DNA of 64,000 nucleotides from Nitrososphaeria archaeon (GCA_029775855.1 JARVJZ010000006.1:12353-76352), one strand, 5' to 3'; positions 9,026-18,453 are shown, counted from the first letter of the stretch. Program-made: numbers and translations. The notes: a model not told the origin generated them from the sequence alone.

Positions 9026-11073
9026 GACTCCAACTCTATCTTGACATATGTCGTCTCTGGCGCGATCTTAGTAAAGGGTCTGCCTGTGCCCTCGTAGAAC
9101 TTTGTAAACCACTCGTATAGATGAAGCCTTATGTCTTGTATATAGACGATCAAGCCTTCAAGCGCTACAACACCAAGGTTGCCTATTATCCAGATAGGTA
9201 GCCCCATTAGGCCGAGGCTTAAGGTCATCGTCACCGCAAACATCAGTGCTGCGTGAACTAAGAGTAGAATTCCAAGTCGAGCGTAGCTTATAGTGTTGGC
9301 GAGGAATTCAACTAGCCTAAGTAGGAACTCGACTATGCCGAAGATTAGACCCATAAAGGGGCTCTCCTTTTCACCGTGCCCCTTCGCCAATATCCCTTCT
9401 AGAGGTTTACCTATCACTATCCAAGCTGCAGCGGCGACGGTAACTGGAAGGGTCACACTTGATAGGGCGCTGGCTGTTACTGTAAATCCTAGTATATCTG
9501 ATATGATGGGTACTCTGTTGTTGCTCGTTAAAACCTCAGCGAAGCTGTATCCTGAGGCTATAAAAGAGAAGCTAAAACCGACACCAAACACATAAAGTAG
9601 TAGTGAAGGTATCTTAAGCGTGTAAAGCTCGACTTTACTCTCAGCCCTAAAACCTTTGATTACATCAAGCACCAACCCGATAAAGATGTGAATAGCGCCG
9701 ATTAATATAGCAACTGAAAGGATAGTGCCAACAGCCTCCGTGTTGAAACCACCATGCTCAACTAAGTGTATGATCTGGATACGCTTGAAGAAGCCGCCAA
9801 CAGCAGGCAAATTTCCTAACTCTAAACCGAAGCCTTCGCCGACCAACGCACCTACTACAGTAGCAGCAGCCCCAGCAGCCATTATTATCTCACCCCAGTG
9901 TTTAAGCGATGGGCTTCCTCTAATCTTAAGCATAAGACCTAAGATGAAGAGTAGCAGACCTTGCCCGAAGTCTCCGAACATCATACCGTAGAAGATGGGG
10001 AAGATGAAGGCAATAAGAGGTGTTGGGTCAACATCACCGCTCTTCGGAGCGCCTTGAGTCAATGTAATGTTTTCGAACGGTTTTATAGGCCTCTTGTTGC
10101 TCATAAGAGTGGGGGGGTTGGAGTGCTCCTCCTCAAAGAAGATTAGATAAGATGGATACATCTGTTTAAATTCTTCAAGGTTTCTTAAAGGCAGATAACC
10201 TTCTATAACAGCGAACCTCTTAAGGTCTCCGGCCTTTCTGAGTTTAGAGAGTGTTGTGTATGCTATCTGCGCTGCTTCTCTTAGTGAAAGCAGTTTGGTG
10301 CTTGACTCAACTTTGACTGCTTCCAGCTTGGATTCACATTCGGCTAGTGAGCGTTCGGCTTCTGCTAACCGTTCTACAACTACCTTGTAAGCGGAGGCTG
10401 GGTTTTGAGGTAAGTCTTGAGGTATCAGAAAGGGCTTAACTTCAAAGCTACGAAGCACCTTATCAACTTTATCAGCATCAGACTTCACACCAACAATCAG
10501 TATAGCACTGTTATTCTTCGTTAAAGGACATTCGATGACAACCACATCGGTCAAGCTGCGCCTTATCTCAGCGACATCTTTGGTAGCTGCTACAGCAAAT
10601 ACAGCGTGGAACCTTTTTAACCTTGAAAATAATTCCAAATCTATTGAAAACTGCTGAATAGTGTAAAGAGCGGCTTTAAGAGCTTCGTAATCAGATACTT
10701 TCTTACGGATTCGTGTAGCATCATCAAGTATAGAAGACAAGTGCTCTATGATTGGTGTTGCCTCAACCTCTAGCTTCTCGATGAGGTCGTGCCAGTCTCG
10801 AGCAGTCTTAACTTCTTTTTCGATTTTATAGCCTTTCTTTAACACTTCAATTACATTAGGTTCAAGGGCTATGCTTAGCTTCTTCACAAGGTCGTCAAGG
10901 TTTGCAAAGAGTTTAAACGCCCTACCATTCAACTCACTCAAATATGGGTCAGAAACTGATGACTCTGGCTGTTCAGGATGAAACCAGCCAAACTTAAAAA
11001 GGCTTCTAAGGCAATCATTAAGCTCGCTCCTAGGCAGCAGAAGTGTAACTTTAGTGAGTGATTCTACACCCAC
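9022..11073 (-). CDS. atpI: A-type ATP synthase subunit I (a subunit, stator/proton channel)
   Basis: 683 aa. Soluble N-terminal half starts MGVESLTKVTLLLPRSELNDCLRSLFKFGWFHPE. Polytopic C-terminal half contains ARLGILLLVHAALM, with the conserved Arg in the penultimate helix. Confidence 0.9.
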   Translation of the reverse strand: MGVESLTKVTLLLPRSELNDCLRSLFKFGWFHPEQPESSVSDPYLSELNGRAFKLFANLDDLVKKLSIALEPNVIEVLKKGYKIEKEVKTARDWHDLIEKLEVEATPIIEHLSSILDDATRIRKKVSDYEALKAALYTIQQFSIDLELFSRLKRFHAVFAVAATKDVAEIRRSLTDVVVIECPLTKNNSAILIVGVKSDADKVDKVLRSFEVKPFLIPQDLPQNPASAYKVVVERLAEAERSLAECESKLEAVKVESSTKLLSLREAAQIAYTTLSKLRKAGDLKRFAVIEGYLPLRNLEEFKQMYPSYLIFFEEEHSNPPTLMSNKRPIKPFENITLTQGAPKSGDVDPTPLIAFIFPIFYGMMFGDFGQGLLLFILGLMLKIRGSPSLKHWGEIIMAAGAAATVVGALVGEGFGLELGNLPAVGGFFKRIQIIHLVEHGGFNTEAVGTILSVAILIGAIHIFIGLVLDVIKGFRAESKVELYTLKIPSLLLYVFGVGFSFSFIASGYSFAEVLTSNNRVPIISDILGFTVTASALSSVTLPVTVAAAAWIVIGKPLEGILAKGHGEKESPFMGLIFGIVEFLLRLVEFLANTISYARLGILLLVHAALMFAVTMTLSLGLMGLPIWIIGNLGVVALEGLIVYIQDIRLHLYEWFTKFYEGTGRPFTKIAPETTYVKIELES

Positions 11074-11126
11074 TTAATTCACCCTTTTAGGTTATCCGAC
11101 TCCAATAGTAAGATAGAACACCTATT

Positions 11127-11789
11127 TTATGTCTTTTGCCGGAAATGGTTACTCTGAAGTATTGTGTATAATGCTGCTGCGAGTGCACCCTCTTCAGCAG
11201 CTTTAACAGAATTACCTCCAACGATAATAATTGAATCACCATCTCTAGGTTCTAAAAGAGACTTCAGAGAGTCCCAGAGGGGAATAAGATAACTCTTTTC
11301 AAGGTCAATTTCCGTATGAGGAAGTAAAAATCGCTTACCCAAATATACTATTGTCGTCGCACCATCCGCCCCAGCCCTAACAGCAGCATCACGCTGCTCC
11401 AACCCAGACTTTACTTTAGACGCAGAATCTCGAATCAGCACCACATAATTCCACTTACCTTGGCTTAAAGGGCCGGCATCTATAGGCTTTGGTGGTGTAA
11501 GCATTTTAAGGAGGCTTCTGTGAATTAATTTGCCTGCATCGGTCAATTTGCATCCACTACGCTCTACTTTAATAAGGCTACGCTCTTGAAGTCTGTTCAG
11601 CATCGTCCTAACCGAACCCTCACCTAGCTGAAGAATTCTTGCGATCTTCTTCCTACCTATAGGCGTATCCTCACCGAGCAAGAATATCAGCTTCAATATA
11701 TCAACTACTTCAAAAGTTGGTTTTGGACCTATAGGTTTCTCTAAAAGTTCAAGAAGCGTCTTTAAAGAGTTAAGTGGCTTAGTCTGCAT
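11127..11789 (-). CDS. Winged-helix transcriptional regulator with an uncharacterised C-terminal domain (possibly DUF4443-like)
   Basis: IGRKKIARILQLGEGSVRTMLNRLQERSLIKVERSGCKLTDAG is a MarR/wHTH-type motif. The ATG at 11789 is preferred because the ORF-track start at 11900 overlaps the upstream gene. Confidence 0.5.
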   Translation of the reverse strand: MQTKPLNSLKTLLELLEKPIGPKPTFEVVDILKLIFLLGEDTPIGRKKIARILQLGEGSVRTMLNRLQERSLIKVERSGCKLTDAGKLIHRSLLKMLTPPKPIDAGPLSQGKWNYVVLIRDSASKVKSGLEQRDAAVRAGADGATTIVYLGKRFLLPHTEIDLEKSYLIPLWDSLKSLLEPRDGDSIIIVGGNSVKAAEEGALAAALYTILQSNHFRQKT

Positions 11790-11829
11790 CCGTATAAAGA
11801 GTGTTAAGGATGTTGAAAAACTTGTTGGC

Positions 11830-12324
11830 TTATCTTCCAGCCGGCTTACGCAGATTAGGGTAGTTCGATGTATCTTCGTAGAGCCAAGCCAGTATATCAC
11901 CTTGCTTTATCATGTATTGGTCTGCGGCTGTTTCCCCTATTGTCCATTCACCTTTCTCTTTATCGAATCTCCACCATATCCAGTAGTGCCCTTTTTGAAC
12001 TACCTTTGTCCCGACACCATCTATACCATTAACGAAGACGCCCATATCACTTCCAAGATACTCCACAGATCGGCTAACCTTTAGAGTAGCGTTCAAAAGA
12101 GAAGAGCCTATTGGAAGAAGGGTGTTATTATGCCAAACCAAACTACCATTACCATAATCTATCAGCAAGTCAACTTCAAAAGCAACACCCCTTAACTCAC
12201 TTAAAACATAATTATAGCGGCTCTTAACATCAATGCTATCAAGATAAAAGTAGACAGAAAGGCCACTACTTAACACAAGAAGGATCAAAAGGACAACCGA
12301 TAGAGCGGAGAGACCTTTCTTCAA
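11830..12324 (-). CDS. Membrane-anchored extracytoplasmic DUF4430-like protein (transcobalamin-like beta-grasp)
   Basis: N-terminal signal/anchor helix LSALSVVLLILLVLSSGL. C-terminal GHYWIWWRFDKEKGEWTIGETAADQYMIKQGDILAWLYED matches the DUF4430 pattern (yW.y.vNg...vga..y.lkdGD.i.w.y). The TTG start abuts the upstream stop. Confidence 0.6.
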   Translation of the reverse strand: MKKGLSALSVVLLILLVLSSGLSVYFYLDSIDVKSRYNYVLSELRGVAFEVDLLIDYGNGSLVWHNNTLLPIGSSLLNATLKVSRSVEYLGSDMGVFVNGIDGVGTKVVQKGHYWIWWRFDKEKGEWTIGETAADQYMIKQGDILAWLYEDTSNYPNLRKPAGR

Positions 12325-12873
12325 CTACTTCACCTTCAACACTTGAACACTGAGCAGATTTGAAACAAGAGGAACCAACTTAGGAGGAAAGAAGGAGAAA
12401 AGAACAAGGTTAGAAGCTTGATGAAGCAGACCCAGAGGAACAGGAAAGTTCATAGTAAGAACACCAACCAACACCCCAGGCCAAAGAGTATTTGTAAAAA
12501 GAACACCGCTCACAGCATTAGTCAGCAGATCATAGCTCAAAGTAGAGAGTAGCCCAATTAACCCAAGTTTAAGAGGATGAAGAATACCCCTCCTAGCACA
12601 GAAAGAACCAGCAGCGGCATAAAAGACTTCACAACAAGCCACAGAAATCAGAACAACATAGGAGAAACCTAAGGGGTTAAATACACCATAGATCAGCCAA
12701 GAAAAAACAGCAACAACCACACCAAATCTGAAGCCAAGGGTATACGCAGAGATAAAGACTATAACATCCATAAGCTTGACATTCCAAATAGGGAAGAGCA
12801 GATAGTTTGTGGAAACCGCTAGCGCGGTAAAGAGGCATGCTGCTGCTAACATCTTTGCGTTTTTTGCGAGCAT
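12325..12873 (-). CDS. Polytopic membrane protein resembling an ECF-transporter S component
   Basis: About 180 aa with 5-6 TM helices and small Gly/Ala-rich helices, as in S components. The ATG at 12873 (MLAKNAKMLAAA) is preferred over 12942. Confidence 0.45.
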   Translation of the reverse strand: MLAKNAKMLAAACLFTALAVSTNYLLFPIWNVKLMDVIVFISAYTLGFRFGVVVAVFSWLIYGVFNPLGFSYVVLISVACCEVFYAAAGSFCARRGILHPLKLGLIGLLSTLSYDLLTNAVSGVLFTNTLWPGVLVGVLTMNFPVPLGLLHQASNLVLFSFFPPKLVPLVSNLLSVQVLKVK

Positions 12874-12970
12874 CTTGGATGGATTATCCAACCAACTTAT
12901 ATTAAAACATATCTCCAAACTAAAATGAGAAGCGAAGGTCAACTTTTATTAACAAGCAGTATACATTACT

Positions 12971-15046
12971 TTGCGTTTAAGGTTGGTGGGTGAACTGTTA
13001 TCCGGTAGCAAAAGAGTAAAGGGAATATTCTCTGTCATCGCTTCTGCTAATAGGCTTGAAATTGTAAAGATCCTTAACGCTAAAGGGGCTCTTAGCTACT
13101 CTGAGTTAAAGAGTTTAGCCGGTTTCAAATCTAAAAAGGAGTCTGGGAAATTCGCTTATCATCTTAGAAAACTTGTAAAACAAGGTCTAGTTACCTTAAA
13201 TAGGGCTGAGCGCAAATATATTATTACAAGTCTAGGTAGGCTTATACTTAACCTTAGTAGACAGATAGAGGAGCACGCGGTACTAGAGAGCGGAAAACTC
13301 TATGTGCGCACATCAAAACATAAGATAGAAGAGTTTAACACAAACAAGATTACACAAAGCTTAGTCAAAGAAGGCGGCATGCCCCTTGACCTTGCTCAAA
13401 AGGTTACCGCTGAGGTTGAGAATAAGATCTACAAATTTCAAACAACATATCTGACCGCACCATTAATCAGAGAAATAGTTAATGCAGTGCTCATAGAGCA
13501 GGGGTTTGAAGAGTATAGACATAAGCTTACTAGGCTTGGTCTCCCAGTCCACGATGTTATTGAGTTAATCAGTAAAGTCGGCTTATCTGGAGAAGGAGTA
13601 GAAGTCTTAATGAGTCAGACCGCTCAAGCCGTCTTTTCAGAGTTCCTCCTTCTAAACCAGTTGACCAAAGATGTTGCTGACCTTTATTTGGCTGGGGATA
13701 CGCACATCTCAAATCCAGGAAGATGGGGAATAGCTCCAGATACAGTTGTCGCCGATGCTGCTTGCCTTCAAACATCCAGCATAAATCCTAGTATGCGAAT
13801 GCTTGCTGCGCCTAGACTTACATCTCCAACAAACTTTTCAGAAGCGCTTTCAATACATTCTGCTGCAACGATTCTCTTAGCTTCGGAGTGCAATACTGAG
13901 CTCTGCTGGCTTAGATTTGGTGAATATGTTGCGCGTGCTGCTAAGGATATTTCTGACAAACAGTTGATGGAAGATCTATATAGAGAGTTTGTGTTGATAG
14001 GCACAGTTTTGGGGCAGAGGGGTGCTAAGCCGAGGGTTTCATTGCACATAGGGGAATGTGAGTTAACAGATTCAGATAGAACCAATAACATACTTGGGGG
14101 ATATAGAAGGTATGTTGAGGCAACACCTCTACCCACTATAAACATAGTTTTACATGGCAGCATAGGCGATGATACATTAAATGAGATTTACAAGCTAGTG
14201 ATGGTTGGAGGAAGCTTAGCCTTCTGTCCAAGCAAGCAGGACACTAACTCATATTTAGGTTTGAGGCTAAGTGCAACATCCCAAGAAATTTCTACATTAA
14301 GCATGCTTCTCCACGGCTTCTCAATAAACTTACCTCGACTAGCTAGAGAGTCCCAAGAAGATGAAATGTATTTTAGGGCGAAGATGACTATACTTCTAAA
14401 AGACGCTCTAGCAGCGCTACAGACCAGAAGAGGAATAATTCTAGAGCAAGTGAGAAAAGGAGTGCTCCCTATAATAGAGAACAACACACAGACAGCAGCG
14501 TTAGAAGAAATTCCAACTATCCTAAACTTAGCTGGACTGTTAGAAGCGTCTCAAATACTGCTAAAAGATAAGAGAAACCAGAGCGCGTTAATGTCCATAG
14601 CTGAGAAGACGATAGAAACAGCGGTTAAAGGAACAAACACAGAAGAGGAGACAGCTGTGTCAATAGTGCCGGAGGAAGGATTAGCAAGACTAGCGGCACT
14701 AGATATTGAGAGATACGGTAAAACAGCTACAATATCATCTTTGGAAGAAGGGTATTCAGCGAGCCTCGAGCTTGATGCAGATAAACTAGACGAAGAAAAA
14801 TTAAAACTAGCTGAAATATATTCAAGAAAATTGACCGGAGGATGCTCAATATCGGTCAGAATAAACCCAAATATGAACATTGACGGTTTTAAGGAAATCC
14901 TCAACACACTCTCAACCAGATTTACATTCTTTAAGATAGGCTTAGACATTAGCATCTGCAGAAACTGCGGAGCCAAGAACGCATCGACCGCAAGCCGCTG
15001 CAATGTCTGTAAATCGACACGATTGGCAAGGATGCAGATACTCTAG
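12971..15046 (+). CDS. ArsR-like wHTH + ATP-cone + NrdD-like (class III RNR) body lacking a glycyl-radical motif; candidate regulator
   Basis: aa 18-95: FSVIASANRLEIVKILNAKGALSYSELKSLAG...FAYHLRKLVKQGLV (wHTH). aa 108-190: KLYVRTSKHKIEEFNTNKITQSLVKEG... (ATP-cone). LYLAGDTHISNPGRW resembles the NrdD GDIHIHD region. C-terminal zinc ribbon CRNCGAKNASTASRCNVC, then only KSTRLARMQIL before the stop. Confidence 0.6.
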   Translation: MRLRLVGELLSGSKRVKGIFSVIASANRLEIVKILNAKGALSYSELKSLAGFKSKKESGKFAYHLRKLVKQGLVTLNRAERKYIITSLGRLILNLSRQIEEHAVLESGKLYVRTSKHKIEEFNTNKITQSLVKEGGMPLDLAQKVTAEVENKIYKFQTTYLTAPLIREIVNAVLIEQGFEEYRHKLTRLGLPVHDVIELISKVGLSGEGVEVLMSQTAQAVFSEFLLLNQLTKDVADLYLAGDTHISNPGRWGIAPDTVVADAACLQTSSINPSMRMLAAPRLTSPTNFSEALSIHSAATILLASECNTELCWLRFGEYVARAAKDISDKQLMEDLYREFVLIGTVLGQRGAKPRVSLHIGECELTDSDRTNNILGGYRRYVEATPLPTINIVLHGSIGDDTLNEIYKLVMVGGSLAFCPSKQDTNSYLGLRLSATSQEISTLSMLLHGFSINLPRLARESQEDEMYFRAKMTILLKDALAALQTRRGIILEQVRKGVLPIIENNTQTAALEEIPTILNLAGLLEASQILLKDKRNQSALMSIAEKTIETAVKGTNTEEETAVSIVPEEGLARLAALDIERYGKTATISSLEEGYSASLELDADKLDEEKLKLAEIYSRKLTGGCSISVRINPNMNIDGFKEILNTLSTRFTFFKIGLDISICRNCGAKNASTASRCNVCKSTRLARMQIL

Positions 15047-15114
15047 CCGCGTAAGCACAGCATTGAAGTTAGGAATTTATAATACGCACGTCAGTTCAGA
15101 CACCAACTCAATAG

Positions 15115-15139
15115 TAGAGCCTCAGTAAAGGAGGCTTTG
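15115..15139 (+). promoter_or_regulatory. Hairpin in the intergenic region upstream of nrdJ
   Basis: TAGAGCCTC-AGTAAAG-GAGGCTTTG: a perfect 6-bp core AGCCTC/GAGGCT, extendable to 9 bp with wobble pairs, with a 7-nt loop. Function unknown. Confidence 0.25.
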
Positions 15140-15202
15140 TCAAAAAATCTTGATGAATAAAAGGAAGTACAGTCCCTTCTTAATCTAGGAGCTACTTATT
15201 GG

Positions 15203-17350
15203 GTGGTATTTAGGTTGACATCTGAGTCTCAAAGTGGTCTATCAACCGTTAGGAAGCGGGATGGTAGAATAGTACCATTTGATAGATTAAAGATAGCTAA
15301 TGCGATTTACAAAGCTGCTAAATCTGTTAATGAAGGTGACCTGAATGTTGCTGACGAGCTATCATTAAAAGTTGTTAAAGTATTAGAGGAGAAGTATAAG
15401 AATGGCGGTATACCTACTGTAGAGGAGATTCAAGATGTAGTAGAAACAACTTTGATTAATGACGGATACGCTAAGGTGGCTAAGGCCTACATTCTCTATA
15501 GGCAGAAGAGGGCTGAGCTTAGGCGTGCAAAAGCACTTCTTGGTGTTGAAGATGATCTAAAGCTTCCTATAAACGCCGTAACCATTTTGGCTGCCAGATA
15601 CTTGCGCAGAGACGAAAACAGAAGGTTAATCGAGACGCCGAGACAGCTCTTCATGAGAGTGGCTAAGACAGTAGCTGAGGTTGACCTACTTTACAACCCT
15701 TCAGCTAAGGTTGAAGAGACCGCTAAGGAGTTCTTTGACATGATGGTTAACTTTGAATTTCTACCTAACTCGCCAACGCTTATGAATGCTGGGACAGAGT
15801 TAGGGCAGCTTTCTGCATGCTTTGTCCTTCCTGTAGAAGATTCTATTGACGGCATATTTACCACACTAAAGCACGCAGCGTTAATACATAAGAGCGGCGG
15901 GGGGACTGGCTTCTCCTTTTCCAGATTAAGACCAAAAGGGGATGTTGTGAAGACTACAGGCGGCATCGCATCAGGCCCTATTTCTTTTATGACGGTCTTC
16001 GACGCAGCTACAAACGCGATTAAACAAGGTGGTAAACGCAGAGGAGCTAATATGGGTGTGTTGAGAGTAGATCATCCAGATATACTTGAGTTTATAACAG
16101 CAAAGGAGAAGGAGGGCAGGCTCTCGAACTTTAACATCTCAGTAGCTATAACTGACAGATTTATGGATGCTGTCATAAACGGTGAAGACTATGATCTTAT
16201 AAATCCACGCACAGGTCAAGCAGTGCAGAGGCTCAACGCCAGAGTAGTCTGGAATCTTATAATAGCAATGGCTTGGAAGAATGGTGAACCTGGTGTGCTG
16301 TTTATAGATAGGATAAATGCTATGCATACTGTTCCTCATGTTGGAACGATAGAGGCTACGAATCCTTGTGGTGAGCAGCCGCTTATTCCTTACGAGTCAT
16401 GTAATCTAGGTTCGATTAATTTAGCGAAGATGGTGGTTGATGGTAGAATAGATTGGGATAAGCTTAGAAACACGGTTGAAAAGGCGGTGCACTTCTTGGA
16501 TAATGTGATAGATGCTAATAAGTATCCTTTACCTGAAATTGAGAAGATAACAAGGTTCGGGAACAGGAAGATCGGTTTAGGTGTTATGGGTTTTGCTGAC
16601 ATGCTGATAGAGTTAGGTGTGCCGTATAACTCTAAACCGGCTCTCAAAATAGCTGAGCAAGTTATGAGGTTCATCGAAGAGGTGGCTGTGAATACTTCAG
16701 TAAAGTTAGCTGAAGAGAGAGGCTCATTCGCTAACTTTAAAGGGAGCTTGTGGGAGAAGCGTGGCTTTAAATGCATCCGTAATGCAACCTTAACAACTAT
16801 AGCACCTACAGGCACGATAAGCGAGATTGCTGGCTGCTCCAACGGAATAGAGCCGCTATTTGCAATTGTCTACACTAAGGCTGTGAGGGAGACATTAGGC
16901 GAAAACCTTACAATAGTCAACCCGCTATTTGAGAATGTGGCTATAGAGGAAGGTTTCTACAGCGAAGAACTTATGAAGAAGATAGCTTCTTCAACATCAA
17001 TACAGCATATAGAAGAGATACCTGAGCATGTTAGGAGAATCTTTGTAACTGCGCATGACATATCTCCAGAGTGGCACGTGAGGATGCAAGCAGCATTTCA
17101 GAAATATGTGGACAATGCTGTGTCGAAGACGATAAACTTTCCTCACGATGCGAGTATGAACGACATAGAGCAAGCTTATCTGCTGGCATATAGGCTTGGA
17201 TGTAAGGGTTTGACCGTCTACCGTGATAGGAGCCGGAGTGTGCAAGTCCTCACTACAAAGAAGGGAGAAGAAGGGGAACAAACTGAACTATTGAATATGG
17301 GCGCTAAGCCTATCGAATATTATGTGCACTGTGAATCTTGTGAATTGTGA
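15203..17350 (+). CDS. nrdJ: Adenosylcobalamin-dependent ribonucleotide reductase (class II), with N-terminal ATP-cone
   Basis: 715 aa. ATP-cone [23 protein letters not shown]. Class I/II core motifs [44 protein letters not shown]-terminal Cys pair CESCEL. Confidence 0.9.
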   Translation: MVFRLTSESQSGLSTVRKRDGRIVPFDRLKIANAIYKAAKSVNEGDLNVADELSLKVVKVLEEKYKNGGIPTVEEIQDVVETTLINDGYAKVAKAYILYRQKRAELRRAKALLGVEDDLKLPINAVTILAARYLRRDENRRLIETPRQLFMRVAKTVAEVDLLYNPSAKVEETAKEFFDMMVNFEFLPNSPTLMNAGTELGQLSACFVLPVEDSIDGIFTTLKHAALIHKSGGGTGFSFSRLRPKGDVVKTTGGIASGPISFMTVFDAATNAIKQGGKRRGANMGVLRVDHPDILEFITAKEKEGRLSNFNISVAITDRFMDAVINGEDYDLINPRTGQAVQRLNARVVWNLIIAMAWKNGEPGVLFIDRINAMHTVPHVGTIEATNPCGEQPLIPYESCNLGSINLAKMVVDGRIDWDKLRNTVEKAVHFLDNVIDANKYPLPEIEKITRFGNRKIGLGVMGFADMLIELGVPYNSKPALKIAEQVMRFIEEVAVNTSVKLAEERGSFANFKGSLWEKRGFKCIRNATLTTIAPTGTISEIAGCSNGIEPLFAIVYTKAVRETLGENLTIVNPLFENVAIEEGFYSEELMKKIASSTSIQHIEEIPEHVRRIFVTAHDISPEWHVRMQAAFQKYVDNAVSKTINFPHDASMNDIEQAYLLAYRLGCKGLTVYRDRSRSVQVLTTKKGEEGEQTELLNMGAKPIEYYVHCESCEL

Positions 17351-17359
17351 GGGTTCTCT

Positions 17360-18301
17360 TTACTCAAAATCTGGGTTTAATATTAAAGCAAGTAGCGCCG
17401 CTCTGAGATCCTTGCCGAGCTTCGCTTGTAGGAAGTATTTGGCTTGCGGGAGTCGGTCAACTTCGGGCTTTATCTCATCAACTCTGGGTAATGGGTGTAG
17501 AACTATGAGTTCTGATTTACCCCGCTCTAGTATTGAGGTGTCTACATAGTAAGAACCTTTAACTCTTTGATACTCTGTTGGATCTGGGAAGCGCTCTTTC
17601 TGTATTCTCGTAACATAGAGAACATCTAGTTCAGATATTACTTCATCTATGCTTGTGTGTTGCGTCCAAGAATCTTTGCGTATGTCTAGAAGCGCATCTG
17701 ATCTTAATCTAAGTTCTGGTGGTGAAATAAGTCTTATTTTGGTATCGTATTTTGATAGGGCGTAGAGCAGAGAGTAGACGGTTCGGCTGTATCTTAGATC
17801 ACCCATGATACCGACTGTGAGCCCATCGATTCTACCTTTTTCTCTATGAATTGTGTAGAGGTCAAGCATAGCTTGAGTAGGATGCTCTTCTGCACCTGAG
17901 CCTGCGTTTATAACTGGCTTCTCGGAAATAGATGCAGCGTATCTTGCGGCGCCTTCCCTAGAATGTCTTATGACTAGAACATCAACATACCCCGACACTA
18001 CTATTACAGTGTCTGTAAAGTTTTCACCCTTCTCTACCGAAGAAGTCGAGGGGTCGGCTATACCGATGCTGCTGCCTCCTATAGAATACATCGCTGATTC
18101 GAAGCTTAGTTTTGTTCTGCTGCTTGGTTCATAGAAGATAAGCCCAAGTAGACGCCCTTCTGCTAGTTGGCGCCTTTCTTTATAGGGCATGTTTGAGATC
18201 TTTGTAGTTGCTTGGAATATTGTTTCTAATTCGCTTCTTCTGAAGTCTCTTATCGAAACTATGTCTCTTCCAAATAGTGGGTTCGGCAATCCACCTAGCA
18301 T
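17360..18301 (-). CDS. pyrB: Aspartate carbamoyltransferase catalytic subunit
   Basis: FYEPSSRTKLSFESA, HPTQAMLD and VLHPLPRVDEI motifs. 313 aa. Confidence 0.95.
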   Translation of the reverse strand: MLGGLPNPLFGRDIVSIRDFRRSELETIFQATTKISNMPYKERRQLAEGRLLGLIFYEPSSRTKLSFESAMYSIGGSSIGIADPSTSSVEKGENFTDTVIVVSGYVDVLVIRHSREGAARYAASISEKPVINAGSGAEEHPTQAMLDLYTIHREKGRIDGLTVGIMGDLRYSRTVYSLLYALSKYDTKIRLISPPELRLRSDALLDIRKDSWTQHTSIDEVISELDVLYVTRIQKERFPDPTEYQRVKGSYYVDTSILERGKSELIVLHPLPRVDEIKPEVDRLPQAKYFLQAKLGKDLRAALLALILNPDFE

Positions 18302-18327
18302 ATGCCCACCTTAAGGTTAATAAATAT
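18301..18327. repeat. 27-nt direct repeat, copy A (TATGCCCACCTTAAGGTTAATAAATAT), abutting the pyrB start codon
   Basis: 23/27 identical to copy B at 18454-18480. Contains a TATA-like AT-rich box. Confidence 0.8.
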
Positions 18328-18453
18328 ACACAGTAGTATACCTGCAACAAAAACGTGTTATAAAGAAATTTATATATCGTTGTGAGATTGAGAGAATTAG
18401 CTTGAAATTTGGATTCGCAGAATAGACTAAAGGAGAAAACTGTAGCGAATTAA

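Noticed and set aside
11790-11900. 37-codon N-terminal extension of the wHTH regulator ORF
   Set aside because: It overlaps the 3' end of the DUF4430 gene and has non-protein-like composition. The internal ATG at 11789 gives a sensible N-terminus.
13569-15003. Series of minus-strand ORFs (68-150 aa) inside the NrdD-like gene
   Set aside because: They lie entirely within a long, motif-bearing + strand CDS. Their Ser/Leu-rich composition is typical of antisense frames. The same applies to the many other track ORFs nested antisense in atpA/atpB/atpI, nrdJ, moeA, aspS, tldD, argS and others.
15047-15202. Cobalamin riboswitch upstream of the B12-dependent nrdJ
   Set aside because: The spacer is too short and lacks anything resembling the conserved B12-box. 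Cobalamin riboswitches are also not established in archaea. Only a simple hairpin is present, reported separately.
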